NCBI GenBank assembly: GCA_963755915.1
Contig: CAVWLP010000002.1
Location: forward strand, 4,480,001-4,544,000
Length of the DNA stretch: 64,000 bases
Origin: an uncultured Phycisphaerales bacterium
GTDB taxonomy: Bacteria; Planctomycetota; Phycisphaerae; Tepidisphaerales; Tepidisphaeraceae
Reading direction: 5' to 3'
Shown: piece after piece, positions 45,280 through 55,624 of the stretch
How positions within the stretch are numbered: the stretch's first letter is position 1
Layout of the letters: each line of letters opens with the position of its first letter
Program-made: the position numbers and the translations under genes
The notes under the pieces: generated by a model
What the model saw: the letters and a program-made list of their open reading frames with translations, nothing else
Told to the model about the DNA's origin: nothing
Database searches by the model: none

Positions 45280-46388
45280 TCACGATTCAACAAGCGCATG
45301 AACATCGTCTGACCCATGTATCCCCTCGCACCGCACGCCGATGATCAGCGGCAATTCAATGGTAAACGTGGCTCCGGTTCCTTCACCGCCGCTTTGAGCG
45401 CGGATCGTTCCACCGTGCAAGCGCACCAGTTCCTGAGCAATTGAAAGGCCCAATCCAAGGCCGTCCCGGCCGCGAGCGGGGCCGGCTTGGGCCTGCCAAA
45501 AATCCTCGAACACATGAGGAAGGTCGGCGGCGGCGATACCACGACCGGTATCCTGGATCTGGATTTGAGCGGAGGAGTTTTCGTAGGTCAGGCGAATGAG
45601 GATTTTGCCACCGTCGGGGGTGAATTTGATTGAGTTGGCGAGAAGGTTGGCGACGACCTGGCGCAGGCGGCGAAGTCGGCATCGACGCGTGCGGCTGGAG
45701 AGGCGAGAGATACCTCGAGCTGGAGCCCATTCGCGGCGGCCTGGGGGCGAAGCGCGTTGATCGCGGCGCGGACGGGCTCGCTGAGGTCCAGTGGCCGCTT
45801 CTCCACGCGCAGCTTCCCGCGGGCGATGCGGGAAACGTCGAGCAGGTCTTCGATGATGTGGCGGATGGCGTCGGTATTGCTGCGAATGATTTCGATTCCT
45901 TCGCGCATGAACTGCGGCGCGTCATTCTGCCGGGCCGTGTCCAGCCAAAATGTGATCGCGCACAGTGGCGTTCGCAGCTCGTGGGAGGTTGCTGCGAGGA
46001 AGCGGTCTTTGATCTGGTTGGCTTGTTCGGCGTCGAGGCGCGCCTGGCGCTCAGCCGCGAGAAGCCGCTCGCGCTGCGACGTAAGAAAGCTTGTGACGAG
46101 AGCGACGGTGAGGAAGACGGCGAGCCTGACGAGGACCGTCCAGCTCAGCGTCCAGGCATATCGGGGCGCGAGGAAGAAGAAATCGTCGGCGGCGACGGCG
46201 AGCACGGTGGCGAGCAATCCCGCGCCCCATCCGCCCAGCCACGAGGCGATTAGAACCGCGGCGAAGAGCAATGGCGCCGCGGAGGGCTCGACCTTTCGGG
46301 TCAAGGCGAGGTTTGCACAGACGGCCGCGAAAATCAGCGACACGGTTCCGGCATATTTTCGAAAGCGAGAGGTCCATCCCTGTCTCAT
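45280..46388 (-). CDS. Sensor histidine kinase with DUF4118-type membrane domain; frameshift at ~45670
   Basis: SHELRTPL, DLLDVSRI, N box, DTG.G, GLGLGL, G.GATF. Confidence 0.88.
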
Positions 46389-46531
46389 CGCGATGCTTTC
46401 TTCCCGTTGCTTCGGTTCCTGTCGCGCGTGGTTCCGAATCTCAGAAGAAGGGGACCGCGAATCGAACTCTGGGAACAACCGGCTCCTTACCTTCCGATCG
46501 CGGCCCCTTTTCACCCACACCTTCATCGTTG

Positions 46532-47452
46532 CTACAGCCAGTTCCAGAACTTCCACCAGTGAGACGATGAGCCTGAAGCGGAGACCGGCTTAACAGTGGC
46601 GGGCGTCGCGGCCGAACTTGAAACCGACGCGGTCGGCTTGACCACGGCGGAGGAAGTTTTTGCGTTGGCCTGCTCGTGATGAGCGGGAGCGATGTCCATC
46701 ACTGCCAGGAGCACGCGATGCGAAACTCGCCGGCAGGCGTCGGTTTCGTTTGCGGGCAAAGTGGCGAAGTGGTTGTTGAGGGCAGTGAATTCTCTGAGGA
46801 GATTCGCGCGGAGCCTCGTTGCGGTGAGGGTTTGGGGTGCGTAGATCCTCCAGTGGGACCCCTCGTAAACGAAGGGGACTTCAGCGGCAGGCAGACCGTT
46901 GTTGGCCCTGATCTGGGCGAGGGCAATCGCCTGATCCCGGCTCAATGAATCCATTTCCGAGGAGTTTGCACCGGCGGCCTTGAGGACCTTGTCGGCGAGC
47001 TCGGAATCGGCGGCGGGAGCGCCCTCGGTAATGGTCAGAAAGGAGCTGGTGAAGGTTTCAGCGGCGTCGGAGACGGCGAATTCCTGGCCGTACTTTTCGT
47101 TCCAGGCCTTGGCAATATCATCGATCTGCGCGTCGAGCTTGGCGCCGTAGCCCTGGGAATAGGTATCGGATTTCATAATCCGCCCCTGGCCGGGCTGAGC
47201 GAAAAGGGCGGCAAGCTTGGACATGTCGTTGGTCTGGAGCGCGTCTTCGGTAAGCCGGCCCACTACTTTGCGGATGCCGACTTCCGAGGGCATCTCGGCG
47301 GCAACCTGGTGAGCGGTGCTTTGCGCGTCGGCTGCGAGCTGCGCCGAGGGCGGCGCGGCGGTCGAAGTGGCGGCCTGAAGCGTCGGGCAGGCCGCAGCGA
47401 AAGTGAGACCGCTCACGGCGGCGGCGGCCAAAATGATGGAAACTGGTTTCAT
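46532..47452 (-). CDS. Exported hypothetical protein with Trp-rich C-terminus
   Basis: Signal peptide; AGGGAG RBS; ends HWWKFWNWL. Confidence 0.65.
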   Translation of the reverse strand: MKPVSIILAAAAVSGLTFAAACPTLQAATSTAAPPSAQLAADAQSTAHQVAAEMPSEVGIRKVVGRLTEDALQTNDMSKLAALFAQPGQGRIMKSDTYSQGYGAKLDAQIDDIAKAWNEKYGQEFAVSDAAETFTSSFLTITEGAPAADSELADKVLKAAGANSSEMDSLSRDQAIALAQIRANNGLPAAEVPFVYEGSHWRIYAPQTLTATRLRANLLREFTALNNHFATLPANETDACRRVSHRVLLAVMDIAPAHHEQANAKTSSAVVKPTASVSSSAATPATVKPVSASGSSSHWWKFWNWL

Positions 47453-47756
47453 AAAACTCCCTTCGTAGATAGAGAAACACCATGCCCGGGCGGTTCGACA
47501 CGCGCGAACCTGCCAGGGTGACGAGGATTATGGGAACCGGATTCCGGGGACATTGCGGTGCCGCAAAATCCGGCATGCCTCATCGCTGCATGATGTGCAT
47601 CCCCTCTGAACGAACCCTCATGCGCAGGTACGACTGAGGTTGCTATTGAAAGAGCAATTAATTGTGGGTGCGACAAAGCGCCACATCTGGAAAAAAAGTG
47701 GACCGCAGCAAATGGATTCATTCCTGGTTTGTGAATCAGCCGGCCCCGGGATTGAT

Positions 47757-48263
47757 CTATTTCTGCCCGGTGCGCCCCGATTGCGGCACAATTGTGAGCC
47801 ACTTCATTGCGGGATTTTTGCTGGGAACCAGCACAATCGGGCAGCTCGCGGTGTGAATGATCCTGAAGGGCGCGCTGCCAAACATTGCCTCGAAAAGGCG
47901 GCCGTGCTGATGGGTGCCCATGACGATGAGGGCGGGCTTGATTCGCTTCACTTCCCGCACCATTTTGGCAGCGGGCCTTCCGCGAATGGAATAGCTGCGC
48001 ACGATCAGTCCGCGCGTCTTCACGCCGAGCCTAGTGCTGGCCCTGGCGAGAAACTCCATTTCCTGCTTGTAAAGATGCATCTCGGCGGCGACGGCCGTGC
48101 GTGAATTGTCGCTGCGGAGTCTGCCGTCTTCGGCTTCGGCAGCGGGAGAGGATATGTGCATCAAAACCAGGTTCATTCCGAAAGCGCGGGCCATGTCACG
48201 CGCGATCTGCACGACGGTCTCGGTCGCCTCGGAAAAATCGATAAACGCCAGCACAGTTGCCAT
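47757..48263 (-). CDS. Universal stress protein
   Basis: LAFIDFS, LMHI, LIVMGTH..G....FGS, CPIVLVP. Confidence 0.88.
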   Translation of the reverse strand: MATVLAFIDFSEATETVVQIARDMARAFGMNLVLMHISSPAAEAEDGRLRSDNSRTAVAAEMHLYKQEMEFLARASTRLGVKTRGLIVRSYSIRGRPAAKMVREVKRIKPALIVMGTHQHGRLFEAMFGSAPFRIIHTASCPIVLVPSKNPAMKWLTIVPQSGRTGQK

Positions 48264-48522
48264 AGAAGTGCCTCGTAATTCCGCAGGTGCGCGCAACTTC
48301 GAATTATATGCCTGCGGTGAGAACAAAGCTCGCCCGCACGCTGGCAGAATCCGCTTGCCCCTCACCCGCTGGCGTACCCGCCCGCGCGGCGTTCGAAAAC
48401 TTCAATTTTTTATACCGCAACTTCGAGCCCCTTCCGAGCATGCCCTTTGCGGAAAAAAAAGAATCTACAGCACAAGAACAAATGGGATGACAAGTGTTGT
48501 TTCGGATTCAAAGGAGCTCAAC

Positions 48523-50029
48523 ATGTCAAATTCCAAAAAGTCTTTATCGATCGTAGCAGCGGCCGCGGCAATCGCCGGCGCAGTCGTCTTCGGCCCCGGA
48601 GTCTGGCGCGAGGCCCAATATGTGAGGGCGGATGAAAGCGTGAACGCCGTGCGCCAGGCACTCGCCGGCATCGACGATCAATCGGCGCTGTATCGCGCCA
48701 TCGACCGGGATGTCGAACCTTCGGTAGTCGAGATACGCGTTACAAAGAGTATGGCCCATGAGATGACGCCGCTTCCGCCGGATTTCCAGAAATTCTTTCA
48801 TGACTTCGGCGGCGGCAACCAGTTTCCGCCGGAATTTTTTAATGGCGGAGGCTCCGTTCGCGAGGTCGGGATGGGCAGCGGGGTCATCATGGATGCGTCG
48901 GACGGCTACGGTTACATCCTGACGAACAACCATGTCGCCGGGGGGGCAAGCCAAATGACGGTGACTCTCTCCGATGGCCGCGTCATTCAAAACGCGCAGC
49001 TTGTCGGTGCTGATCCACGGACCGATCTGGCGGTCGTCAAGATCAAAGCCGACGATCTCATCCCGGCGAAATGGGGGGATACGCCGGCCTGGAGCCGGGC
49101 GACCAGATCATGGCGTTTGGGAGCCCCTTTGGATACGTGGGATCGATGACGCACGGGATCGTCAGCGCGCTGCATCGGCAGGCCGGCATTCTGGTGCCGA
49201 CGGATATGAGAATTTCATCCAGGTGGACGCGCCGATCGATCCGGGCAACAGCGGGGGACCGCTGGTTAATCTGAAAGGAGAGGTTGTCGGCATCAATACG
49301 GCCATCGCCACTTCCAACGGTGGATTTCAGGGAATCGGTTTTGCCATTCCATCCGAAGAGGCGAGGCCCATCTACGAGCAACTGAAATCGTCCGGAAAGG
49401 TTGTCCGCGGCTGGCTCGGTGTCTCCATCGAGAACGTCGCCCAGGCAAGAGACGAAGCGGCCAGCGAGGGGTACAAGGCGGATACAGGGGTTCTCATTCA
49501 CACGGTTCTGCATGACAGCCCGGCATCGTCCAAATTGGCGCCGGGCGACATTGTGACGAGTCTGGACGGAAAACCTGTCGCGAACATGAGCGAGCTGCGC
49601 GACGAAGTCGCCTGGTCGACGCCGGGGACCGAGGTGACGCTCGGCGTCTTCCATGACGGCAAAACGGAGGACGTGAAGATCAGGCTGGGCCAGCAGCCGA
49701 CGGGGAACGAAGTCGCCAGCGCTTCGCCGGGGCAATCGAACGCTGACCTGGGTCTGCAACTGGAGAACCTCAACGCCTCCCAGGCCCAGGAATATGGGTT
49801 GCAGGAAAAATCCGGCGCCGTGGTGGCCGACGTAGACCCGAATTCTCTCGCGGCACAGGCCGGGGTGCATCAAGGGGATGTGATCACCGAGATCAACGGC
49901 AGGAAAATTTCCGATGCGCGGCAGGCCGACGCGGCGCTCGCCAAAGCGGATCTTAAAAACGGCGTGCGTATGCAGGTCACGAACGACCAGGGTTCAGAGC
50001 TCCTTTTTCTGAAGTCGAACCTTGGTTAA
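48523..50029 (+). CDS. degP: HtrA/DegP-Do serine protease with two PDZ domains; 2 frameshifts
   Basis: [43 protein letters not shown]. Confidence 0.9.
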
Positions 50030-50077
50030 GATCGGAGGCAGCTCCTTGCTCGAACACCCTGGAGCTGTGACTTTCGG

Positions 50078-50119
50078 AAAGGCGGCCGCCAGGGAAGTAA
50101 AAGGCGGCCGCCTTTTTTT
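50078..50119 (+). terminator. Rho-independent terminator after degP
   Basis: AAAGGCGGCCGCC-loop-GGCGGCCGCCTTT plus T tract. Confidence 0.8.
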
Positions 50120-50232
50120 GTTCAACTCATCAGGGGCGTCCTCTCGGTTCCAGAACTCCCGGCCGAGATTTCGTCGCAGCGATAAATCCTTTCTGTTATA
50201 TTGATTCGCAAATGAAAAAAGGAAGGTGCCAG

Positions 50233-51276
50233 ATGGACATGCAACAGAGACTGATAGACGGGATAAAGCAAATACGGCTTGGGACTCATTGTCTGCACGC
50301 CGCCGATGAGAGCGGCGGGAACATCGGAAAAAAGTTTCAACAGCTCGGCGTCGCTGACACGCCGGAGAATCGCATCGCCTATCGCGGCGCGATGATTACC
50401 ACACGTGGATACGGCGACGTCATCGGGGGTGTCATCCTCTTCGACGAGACGTTTCGCCAGAGCTACGAAGGTAAAACCGTCATCGATATTCTGAAACAGC
50501 AGGGGGTGGTCATCGGCGTCAAGGTGGATTCTGGTTTGGAGGCCTTTGGCAGTTCGAAGGTCGAACAGGTCGGGAAAAATGAGTTGGCCGCCCTTTCTAA
50601 GCGGATGGAAGAATACGCTGCGAAGGACGTGCGGTTCACCAAATTCAGGGTTGTCGGCAACATCGGCCGGGAGAACGGGAAAGACCTGCCCAGCGATGAA
50701 TGCCTGGCGGCCAATGCCGAGCTGCTGGCGGGGTATGCGGAGATCAACCACAAGTTCGGCGTGGTGCCGATCGTCGAGCCGGAGGTGCCGATGGATGGGG
50801 CCCACTCTTTAGAGCAATCCCGGCAGGCGACCGAGCGTTTTGTGAAAGCGACTTTTGCAGCTCTGCAGCGGCGGAAGATTTTTTTGCCGGGCGTTATCCT
50901 GAAAACCAACATGGTTCTTCCCGGCGTTGAGGGCCCGAAGGCTGCCGAGGCGGAGAGCGTCAAGCAGACGATCGCGATGCTTCAGGCGGCGGTGCCTGCG
51001 AATCTCGGGGCGATGGTGTTTCTGTCCGGCGGTCAGGCGACCGAAGATGGGATGAGGCGATTGGAAGCGATGCGCAACGCGGCGAACCAGGCGCGATTGC
51101 CGTACGCGGTGAGTTCTTCGTTCAGCCGCGCCTTACAGGGTCCCGCGCTGGACGAATTTGGCGCTGCCGTGCGTGATCGGGCATCCGCGGCAGAGATCAA
51201 AAGGCGCACGCAGGCGAAATTTGCCGAGACCTTGTCGCTGAACAAGATCGCGCTGGATAAGTCGGTACGGCGATAA
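50233..51276 (+). CDS. Fructose-bisphosphate aldolase, class I (glycolytic family)
   Basis: AADES, GVILFDET, GVKVD.G, VPIVEPEV..DG.H, LKTNMV Schiff-base Lys, FLSGGQ, RALQ. Confidence 0.9.
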   Translation: MDMQQRLIDGIKQIRLGTHCLHAADESGGNIGKKFQQLGVADTPENRIAYRGAMITTRGYGDVIGGVILFDETFRQSYEGKTVIDILKQQGVVIGVKVDSGLEAFGSSKVEQVGKNELAALSKRMEEYAAKDVRFTKFRVVGNIGRENGKDLPSDECLAANAELLAGYAEINHKFGVVPIVEPEVPMDGAHSLEQSRQATERFVKATFAALQRRKIFLPGVILKTNMVLPGVEGPKAAEAESVKQTIAMLQAAVPANLGAMVFLSGGQATEDGMRRLEAMRNAANQARLPYAVSSSFSRALQGPALDEFGAAVRDRASAAEIKRRTQAKFAETLSLNKIALDKSVRR

Positions 51277-51310
51277 GATTCGAAATACATTTTTGCCATA
51301 GATCTAAAGG

Positions 51311-51357
51311 CAGATGCACACGGATAAAGGGAATTGCTCTTTATCCGTGTGCATCTG
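51311..51357. repeat. Palindromic element CAGATGCACACGGATAAAG...CTTTATCCGTGTGCATCTG between convergent genes (possible bidirectional terminator)
   Basis: Perfect 19-bp inverted repeat with a 9-nt loop. Confidence 0.88.
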
Positions 51358-51424
51358 ATTTTTAATCTGACTTCGGCGAGCTCAGTCGAGGCGTGGCCAA
51401 TACTCTTCTGTCCGTGCTGCGCTT

Positions 51425-52338
51425 TTATTTTGCGGCGTTGCGGCGGCGGAGGAGAAGGCCCGCGGCGCCGATCGCCAGGACGGAGAAGGAAACCGGCTCC
51501 GGGACCGCGAGGACGACATTGGGCCGGCGGCGTAATCGGCGGCGATGTCGCTGGCGCTCTCCGCGTTATTGTAAATCCGGAACTCGTCGATGCTTCCGGA
51601 GGTGGCATTGTCGCCGGAGAAGGCGGAACGGCCGAGATAGGCGTTGGTGAAAGCGAAGTCGCTGAGCGGGTCGCCGGCGACGACGCTTTGGAGCCCGCCG
51701 GCACCGGCGGTTTCGTCGTAAAGGTAATAGCTGAGGTTACCGGAGCTATCGATGGTAACCGCGGAGAAGCAGGTATCTCCGTTGTCGAGATAGCCGCCGC
51801 CGAACGCGCCAATATTGGGGGTGGTGCTGAAGGCGTCGATTTCGGGGCCGGGGTTGTAGCCGTGGAGTCCCTGGACGATGTGGTTTCCACCGGTGTTATT
51901 TCCAGCTCCGGGCGTGCCTGCGGGTTGGGGAGCGGAAATGGTGTCCATCATGTATTCGCCGGCGACGGGTGGGTTGGCATCCGTAGCGTTGGAGAAGGAC
52001 CAGGCCTCGGTGTAGAAGCCGGAGCCGGTAAATGTGAACCACGTTTCGATGGTGACGGCGCCGCTGGTCGGCAGGATGCTGACGGGTAGGGAGAGATAAC
52101 CGCTTAGGTCGGTTTGTCCGGAAGTGTTTCCGGTGAAGTTGGGGTTGTTCAACTGGAGCTGCCCGCCAGAGACGGTCGCCGAGTTCATTAGCGTGCCGTT
52201 GGCGCCGCCGATGGAATCGGTGGCACCGTTGGTGAAGCTGTATTCATGGGTGAGATCCGCGTGAACCGGAGTGGCCGCGCAGAGCCCGACAAGCAAAAGG
52301 CCGCAACTGATTCCTCCCCGACGCATGTTCATTTTCAT
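51425..52338 (-). CDS. LamG-like jellyroll protein with PEP-CTERM sorting signal; frameshift at ~51520
   Basis: Signal peptide, LTHEYSF...D..G, TIETW, YLGRS, GSIDEFRIY; shifted frame gives VPEPVSFSVLAIGAAGLLLRRR. Confidence 0.85.
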
Positions 52339-52393
52339 CTCTTCCTCCAAAGGTTCCAACCGATCCGACTTACTTTCGACGTGAAAGAAACCC

Positions 52394-52421
52394 ATTATGT
52401 CGTGAAGTGCGACAATGTCAA
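52394..52421 (-). promoter_or_regulatory. sigma70-type promoter for the PEP-CTERM gene
   Basis: Minus strand TTGACA-16 bp-CATAAT. Confidence 0.5.
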
Positions 52422-52558
52422 CGAAATTCTTAAGGTTTTCTTTAGGTGTGAAAGAAAGTGTGGTTTTTGGTTTAAATTGGGAGGTATCGGCAAGACACGA
52501 AAAGCCCCGCCGGGGCAGGTTTGGTCTGGATAGTGTGATTGTGGAAAAAAGATTGAAA

Positions 52559-52584
52559 CCGCGGATTTCGCGGATGGCGCGGAT
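52559..52584. repeat. Three tandem 9-mer CGCGGATnn units (lone REP-like arm)
   Basis: ccgcggatt tcgcggatg gcgcggat. Confidence 0.6.
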
Positions 52585-52633
52585 AAGAAATAGATTTTGT
52601 GCTCGTTGCGCCGTGGGCGTTTGCGAAAGGGAG

Positions 52634-54269
52634 CTAGTCCTTGATGGGTCGATCGGAGTTGCCCGTGAGATCCCGGACCGTCGCGAAAATCGCCGGGAGG
52701 GGGGATTTCAGGGGTGGGGGCGGGGGGAAACCCTCCCAGCCGCCGCCGAGGCTTTGGCAGACGTCGATGAAATTGGAGACCGCCTGATCTTCGCTCATCG
52801 CCTGCTGGTCTTCGAGGCTATAGAGCGCGCGCTCGGCATCGAGGACGTTGAGATAATCGATGATCCCGCGATCGTAACGCTCGCTGGCGAGGCGATAGGA
52901 ACGCTGGGCATCGATGACTGCGCCGTCGAGACTCTGGAGCCTTCGCCGCTGGGCGTCGTAGCTGGTAAGCGAGTTATCGACTTCACCGATGGCGCTCAGC
53001 ATGACTTTTCGGAAGTTCGCGACCTGGGCGCGCGTGGCCTGGTTCTCGGCTTGGATTTGGGCATCGACGGTTCCGAAATCGAGGATCGGCCAGACGAAAT
53101 CCGGGGCGGCTTCCCAGATGCCGCGGAAGGAGATCGGCAATCGCCCGAACCCCTGGCTCTGGAACCCGCCCGAGGCGGTCAGGAAGACGCGCGGGTAGAG
53201 ATAAGAAGTCGCGACGCCGAGGCGCGCGTTGGCGGCGACGAGCTGCGCCTCGGCCTGGCGAATATCGGGCCGGCGGCGAAGAAGGTCGATCGGCAAGCCG
53301 GTATCCACTTCCTCAGGAGGCCGGGGAAGCGGCGCCGTCGCATCCAGCTCGAGCATCAGGGCGTCGGGGTCCATTCCCAAAAGCACCGCGAGGTTGCGCT
53401 TCGACATCAAAAGCTGCGCCTCCAGCGGAGGGAGCGCGGCTTCGGTTGTTTCTACTTCGCGGTCGGCCAGCGCGGAATCGAGCTCGTTGGTGATCCCGCG
53501 CTGATAGCGCTGAAGCTCCACATCTGCGGCATTGCGCTCGACGGAGATCGCCTGCTGGGCGATTGCCACGCGCATTTGGAGGGTGCGGATTTCGACGTAG
53601 CTTCGGGCGACATCGCCAAGGAGGGTCACGAGGACCTGGTTGCGCACTTCCGCGGCGGCGGCCGCGTCGGCGGCGAGGGCCTGCTGCTGGCGGCGAAGGT
53701 TGCCGAAGAGGTCGAGCTGGAAATCGGTATCGACGCCGAGGACCTGGGTGACTTCGCGCAGGCCGGTGGTGTTGACGGCGGCCGCGAGGGGGCCGTTCAC
53801 AAGACCGCCGCGGCTGATGTTGGAACTGGTTCCCCCCCGCCGACGCCGCTGAGGTCCAGATCGGGCAGCGATTGGCCGGTGAATTCAGCCAGAAGGCGCG
53901 AGACTGCTGGAGGCGGTCGATCGCGACCTGCATGTCGAGATTCCCGGCGACCGCACGATCCAGCAGCGAATCCAGCTCCGGATCGTGCAGGGCTTGCCAC
54001 CAGTGAGCGAGGTCGATCAGGGGGGCGGCTTGCGTGGAGACGACGGTCTTTGCGGGCGGCGCTTCTGAGGGGCGCGTCGAGGGCCAGGTGGTGAAATTCG
54101 CCGATATCTGCATGCGCGGCCGCTGGTAATTCGGGCCGGCGTTGCAGCCAGTGAGGGCAATCAAGGCGAGAATCGGCCCCCACAGCCCCCACCCTAACCC
54201 TCCCCCGGAGTACCAGGGGAGGGGATGAAGAGTTGGACCGGAGGTGGTGGAATATATTCGCGGATTCAT
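52634..54269 (-). CDS. Outer-membrane efflux lipoprotein (NodT/OprM/TolC family); frameshifted at ~53800-53900
   Basis: Lipobox LTGC, WW..L.DP.L..L, DLFG, P.DLL.RRPDI..AE, LGGGW. Confidence 0.9.
54185..54225. repeat. GGAGTACC-family REP copy inside the efflux lipoprotein signal peptide
   Basis: CCCCCACCCTAACCCTCCCCCGGAGTACCAGGGGAGGG; translated as PLPWYSGGGLGWG. Confidence 0.85.
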
Positions 54270-54307
54270 GTTTCTGGTCTCGGCGCTCTATGCGGTGAGA
54301 CTGCCTT

Positions 54308-55624
54308 TCAATTCGAATTACTGGGCCAGACCTCGTTGCCAGTGTCTTCCTGCACGGTGACTTCCTCGCCGGGGGTGATGGCGCTGCTGATGTTGAGGGC
54401 GACTTTTTCGCCGGGTTTCAGGCCGCTCTCGACGATGACGACGTCGCCGTTGTCTTTGAAGACGGTGATGTCGCGGAAGGTAACGGTGTTGTCATCGCCG
54501 ATGACGGCGACCTGCAATCCCTGGGGCCGCATCAGGATCGCGGCGGCGGGGACTTCGGGCAGCCCCGTCTGTTTCAATTCGAAGGCGACCTGTACGTACA
54601 TCCCGGGGACCAGGGCCATGTCGGGGTTTTTGATGTCGATTTCGGTTCGCTGGGTCCTGGTTTGGGGGTCGATGCTCATGGCGGAACGGGCGACCTTGCC
54701 GTGGAAAATCCGGCCGGGGTATTGGTCGGAGGTGATGTCGGCAGGCACGCCGACGGTCATCTGCGCGGCGGCACTTTGTGGGACGTTGACAAAGACGCGG
54801 ATGGTGTCGGATTGGGCGATGTCGTAGAGGGAGGTGGTGGAGCTGCTGCTGCCGGCGCTGATCAAATCGCCGACGTCGATTTTGCGGGCGGTGATGATTC
54901 CGTCATAGGGGGCGGTGACTTTTTTGAATCCTTCGAGGGCGAGGTATCGTCCGACATCCGCCTGATCGGCTTTGGCGACGGCCTGGGCGGCCATGAGGCC
55001 GGCCACGGCTTCTTCGTAGGCGGCCTGTTTGTCCTGGCGTTCCTGATCGGAAACGATCCCCTTGGGCGCCTCACGCCAGCGATCCCAGGTGACTTTGGCG
55101 ATGTTCAGGTTCGCCTTGGCGACGTTGACCTGCGCATCGGACGTTGCCGCCTTGGCCTTGGCGACATTGAGCTGCTGGTCGAGATCGGGGGTTTCGATGA
55201 CGGCCAGAACCTGGCCCTGCTTCACGCGGTCGCCGATATCGGAATACCAGGCTTTCACGTATCCGTCGACGCGGGCGAAGATCGTGCTCTGGTACCAACC
55301 GGCGGTTGCGCCCGGGAGCGTAAGCGGGAAACTGCTGGCCGCGGGACGGGCCGCGACGGCGACGACGACGGGTTTGGCGGAAGCGACGTCGGCGGCCAAA
55401 TCCTGGGCCTGGGTTTCCGTTCGAGCGTGGACCCAGTAGGCGAGGCCGAATGCGACACCCAGGGCGACGACGAGAAGTGTAACCGCCAGGGCGAGGAGCC
55501 GTCCGGTGCCGCGGGAGGCCTTGATGGATATTCGCTCTGGCGAGGAGTCGTGGGCCATCGATTCTCCATTGCCCCGATTGACTCCAACTGGGAGCGATTG
55601 GTCGTTCTGGCTCTCAGTGGGCAT
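54308..55624 (-). CDS. RND efflux periplasmic adaptor (MFP)
   Basis: ARVDGY, DIGDRVKQGQ.LA, APYDG.I, PGMYV, SGL..GE. Confidence 0.92.
   Translation of the reverse strand: MPTESQNDQSLPVGVNRGNGESMAHDSSPERISIKASRGTGRLLALAVTLLVVALGVAFGLAYWVHARTETQAQDLAADVASAKPVVVAVAARPAASSFPLTLPGATAGWYQSTIFARVDGYVKAWYSDIGDRVKQGQVLAVIETPDLDQQLNVAKAKAATSDAQVNVAKANLNIAKVTWDRWREAPKGIVSDQERQDKQAAYEEAVAGLMAAQAVAKADQADVGRYLALEGFKKVTAPYDGIITARKIDVGDLISAGSSSSTTSLYDIAQSDTIRVFVNVPQSAAAQMTVGVPADITSDQYPGRIFHGKVARSAMSIDPQTRTQRTEIDIKNPDMALVPGMYVQVAFELKQTGLPEVPAAAILMRPQGLQVAVIGDDNTVTFRDITVFKDNGDVVIVESGLKPGEKVALNISSAITPGEEVTVQEDTGNEVWPSNSN

Noticed and set aside
47453-47756. Possible riboswitch, ncRNA or sigma54 promoter in a 300-bp intergenic region
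   Set aside because: Only a short palindrome (TTGCGG-TG-CCGCAA) was found; GG-N10-GC spacing is not met and no known RNA motif is recognisable by eye.
27095-52584. Short repeats as CRISPR arrays
   Set aside because: No regularly spaced repeat-spacer units and no cas genes; these are tandem or palindromic elements.
52415-54094. 559-aa ORF on the plus strand
   Set aside because: Antisense shadow of the efflux lipoprotein gene.
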